Shown here: positions 34,321 through 37,902 of the stretch, in pieces
Position numbering within the stretch: position 1 is the stretch's first letter
Layout of the letters: each line of letters begins with the position of its first letter
Assembly (NCBI GenBank): GCA_032718475.1
Contig: JAUCBJ010006945.1
Coordinates: forward strand, 1 to 37,902
Source of the DNA: Nemertoderma westbladi
Taxonomy: Eukaryota > Animalia > Xenacoelomorpha
DNA length: 37,902 nt
Direction of reading: 5' to 3'
The notes under the pieces: model-generated
The model's input: only the letters and a program-made list of their open reading frames with translations
The model's database searches: none
What the model was told of the DNA's origin: nothing
Made by a program: the position numbers and the translations under genes

Positions 34321-34492
34321 AATGTTATTATATTAAACTAATTAAAGTTATAATTACTAACAATGTTATCGTAAACTTAAAAAAACACACAGAAAATGGC
34401 TTAAAACAATTTCCAACTTTAATGAATGTACTTTACAGGCCTAGGGGACTACCAGTAGTGCACAATAAGGGTGTTGGGTTGGTGTTAGTTAC

Positions 34493-34525
<33 letters not shown>

Positions 34526-35457
34526 TGTAAAATAAAATAAAACAATTCGGAAGTGGCGTAAAGTCCCTTTTTTTTTACTTCAACCTCTCGGGAATATTGA
34601 TATATTAGTAAGTGCGAGTTTTTATATACTTAAGTAAACGTGTATTATTTCCCGCCCGGTAGAAAGTCACACGCTCACCCTACGACGAATTATAGATATT
34701 AATAAAAAAAAATATTATGACTATCTGTTCAGATCGGTTAACTAACACAACCGCTAATTACTTCAATTTTGATGGAATTAATAATAACAAGTTCAATTTC
34801 CCCCAGAAAAGCGGCTTTTATTTAAGTATCACTTACACTTATATCATCGATAATACTAGCCTATAATTGTATTGCCACGACTCAAAATCTACACAATAAC
34901 TGCCATAAAGCCCTTATCACAGACTGCAACACGCTTTTGTTTAATTGCCAATAACTAACTACATATTGCGGTGGGTGTTAAATTCAATAATCGCATCAGA
35001 AATACATTTACTGCCGTAAACAGGAACAGTTTAACTACCGGTGGTACAGTAACCTAAAAAAAACTACTAAATTTACAAAGAAAATCTCATCGCATATATT
35101 TTTTTCATACTGTAATGGGCGACGTCCCAGGATTGGCTATATGAGTACTGATTATGTGGGTAATGGAATATGAATCTATTTACAATGTAATTTATACCGG
35201 TAAGGCTGATGGTACACACGTTTCCAACACACACAATGTGTATCGCCATAGGAACTAATCACGAACGCCAAGTGAACTAACAGCTGAATGCACCCAAGTA
35301 CCTGTTAATTAAAACAATGACTGTAAATGATCTGAGATATGGAGGTTGAGTTTCGGATTGCACCCAGCCCAGACTAATGAGGGTTCCATTGCACCCAAGC
35401 TAAAGCGAAAACTGCAAAGAATATTGCACCCTGTCGAAAAGCAGACCCAATAACGTC

Positions 35458-35590
35458 TCACTGGAATAGTTTACCTAAAGTTGATTTCTTTCGGTTGAGA
35501 TTTCCACTGGAATCTAATATATCTCTCTTGTTCGCTTCCTCCAACGCCTGCTCGCTATTTTCCCATTCTAGTTTTTCTTTCTCAAAAGAC
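35458..35590 (-). CDS. SEPT7: Septin-7/peanut-like gene, last coding exon
   Basis: Acceptor TTTTAG|G gives SFEKEKLEWENSEQALEEANKRDILDSSGNLNRKKSTLGKLFQ*, resembling the septin-7 tail FEDEKANWE...KGKIF. Confidence 0.8.
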
Positions 35591-35947
35591 CTAAAATATT
35601 TCAAAATAAAAATTAATCAGGTAATTAGAATTACAATCTAATAATGTAGGTGGTTGTCCAATATCCTTCAAATACAACTATAATTGACCCAGTAGTATAA
35701 GTCGCCCATGTGAAGAATACCACGATTTCAATTTTCGGTCAGCCTTTTATTGGAATTTTATATATTAAGATTTTTTATTTTTGTAAATTTAGCTTTCTTA
35801 AGTGTTTTATAGCGCTTATTTCTGTCTTATAACCTGTACACATACTAATTCGTTTATTGTTTTGGTTAGATTCAGCCATTCTGTAACCTGTGTTTTTGGT
35901 GAAAACCTGGTATTCTTCACATGGGCCAAGACTATAACTCGACGAAC

Positions 35948-36112
35948 CTCAACTTGTTTTCATATTGTTTAACGTCATCATCGAGAGATTTCCTCACCAC
36001 CTGAGTTTTCCGTTCCAACTCAACCTCGGATTCCCTCAACTTCCCCGTCTTCTCGCGAACTTTACTTATAAAAACCTGTTCCATATCCGATTCCATTTTC
36101 TTCATCTTGTAG
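35948..36112 (-). CDS. SEPT7: Septin-7/peanut-like gene, penultimate coding exon (coiled coil)
   Basis: TTGTAG|C...AG|GTTCGT, 165 bp, phase 2/2. YKMKKMESDMEQVFISKVREKTGKLRESEVEL resembles septin-7 [31 protein letters not shown], and it splices in frame to the next exon. Confidence 0.85.
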
Positions 36113-37235
36113 CTACAAATAAATACATAATATTGTCATATTTAAATAAGTTGAGATAGTAAGTCGGAACGGAACCCCAAGATGATGATTTTTATACAAC
36201 CAAAACATTAAACCAAATTGGTAACGCCACACTCACCCAAATATTGTATCATTACGTAATTGCCCGAATTAGATAATACCCGGTGATAGTAGTTTTACTA
36301 ACATTATAAACATTGTCATGTATTAGTAATAAATTATATTATTAATAATAAATAATTATTTATTACATATGCTTGAGGGATTTTATTTACCGCGCGTCAG
36401 CGAGGTTAAAAGGGTCGAGAGAATATTGGCAAAAAAATGTTCTACTTTTTTCCCATGTAATACGTAATTTCATTCTTAGATTGGTAGTTTTTTGTTGCTA
36501 AATTATTTATTAAAAGAGAGCGATATATGCCTAGTGTTACAAAATATATTGAACTTAAAACTACATAAACCAATATTGTTTATTGAGTTCCGTTTAGAGT
36601 TCGCCGTGCAGACACTAAAGTTGTAATAACTTTTGAGTTATATGAATGGATTTTGATCAAATTACTTGCATTATATTATCGTTTTAAATATTTTAATTTA
36701 ATTCTACGTTTTTTTTTAAAGAAATCGAGTTCCTAATTACTGCAGCACTCAATTCGATAGTTTCAACAATATCCTTTTCACAGGCTATCAGCACAATGAC
36801 TTTAAAGTCTTTCATACCCGACAGTCTTTCTATCGTGACATTTGTTATTGTGTTCTATCCTGTAATCATTATTAAATATAGCTCCACCACACCTACACTG
36901 TATCTGTTTTGCATTTTACTTTACCACGTTGACCGCGATGAGATATCGCACTGCTGACCGGTGGGTTTTCGCCTCTTCATTTAGTTAGCAAATTGGCAGT
37001 TTTGAATACAGTAAGTAGTTAGTAGTACCAGTAGAATAAAATAATAAATAAGTATTTTATTTGAAAAGGCCCTTAATAATATTTAAAATTGAGTTGCAAT
37101 AATTAATATAACTTTTATCAAATAAAGCTAATTCAGTTATTCTGCCCTCGTCTGTTCGCGCTCGTGTGAGTTTTCCACTCGTTTTCCCGCATTTGGGCGG
37201 TTTCATACATATGAAACCGCCCCATGTCAGGGTAG

Positions 37236-37902
37236 GTGTAAAACGCGGATCCGGATACGGATCAGGACCCGGATTTGCGAGTGTAAAAGGCGGATCCGGA
37301 TTTACATACAATCCGTAACTGAGTGTAATATGCGGATTCTGAAATACGCAATCCGTATTGCAGTGTAAAACGCGGATTCATATATTTTGTGAATCCGGAA
37401 TGGAGTGTAAAATACGGATTTACGTTAATACCAAGTTTTAATGGATCCGGAATGGAGTGTAATACACGGATTTTCGTGAATTACCAAGTTTTGTTGGACC
37501 GGAATGGAGTGTAAAATACGGATTTTCGTTAATTACCAGTTTTATTGGATCCGGAATGGAGTGTAAAACACGGATTTCGTTAATAACCAATTTTTGTTGG
37601 AACCGGAATGAGTGTTAAAACACGGATTTCGTAATTACACTATTTTGTTGGAACCGGAATGGAGTGTAAAACACGGATTTTCGTTAATTACTAAGTTTTA
37701 TTGGATCCGGAATGGAGTGTAATACAGGATTTTCGTGAATTACATGTTTTGTTGGATCGGAATGGAGTGTAAAACACGGATTTTCGTTAATTACCAAGTT
37801 TTATTGGATCCGGAATGGAGTGTAAAACACGGATTTTCGTAATTACCAAGTTTTGTTGGATCCGGAATGGAGTGTAAAACACGGATTTTCGTTAATTACC
37901 AA
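37236..37902. repeat. ~53-bp satellite running off the window end (probably intronic in the septin gene)
   Basis: GGATCCGGAATGGAGTGTAAAACACGGATTTTCGTTAATTACCAAGTTTTATT units, more degenerate toward the left. Confidence 0.92.

Overview
AT-rich animal (invertebrate-like) genomic DNA with spliceosomal introns, dominated by nested transposable elements. The centrepiece is a young, complete, TSD-flanked BEL/Pao LTR element (19306-31192). Its 1.23-kb LTRs are about 99% identical by eye and the TSD is GTCTG. It keeps an intact 1389-aa Gag-protease ORF but has lost RT, integrase and most of RNase H through an in-frame deletion, and it carries a decayed zinc-knuckle accessory ORF near its 3' end. It has no tRNA primer-binding site. 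Instead the LTR 3' end and the start of the internal region form an elaborate set of complementary segments, partly conserved in a second related LTR end at 1-75; this is the candidate new system (tRNA-independent priming and/or 5'-LTR poly(A) occlusion). The window also holds an apparently intact two-exon hATm transposase element (11105-16052, 8-bp TSD) with a 9-bp-TSD MITE in its intron, inserted into an L2/Crack-type LINE tail. Other features are an RTE LINE fragment, several MITEs, four minisatellites, an intronless hnRNP M/MYEF2-like RRM retrocopy with two single-base frameshifts, and the last two coding exons of a septin-7-like gene on the minus strand. All alignments, folds and counts were done by eye; no database searches were run.
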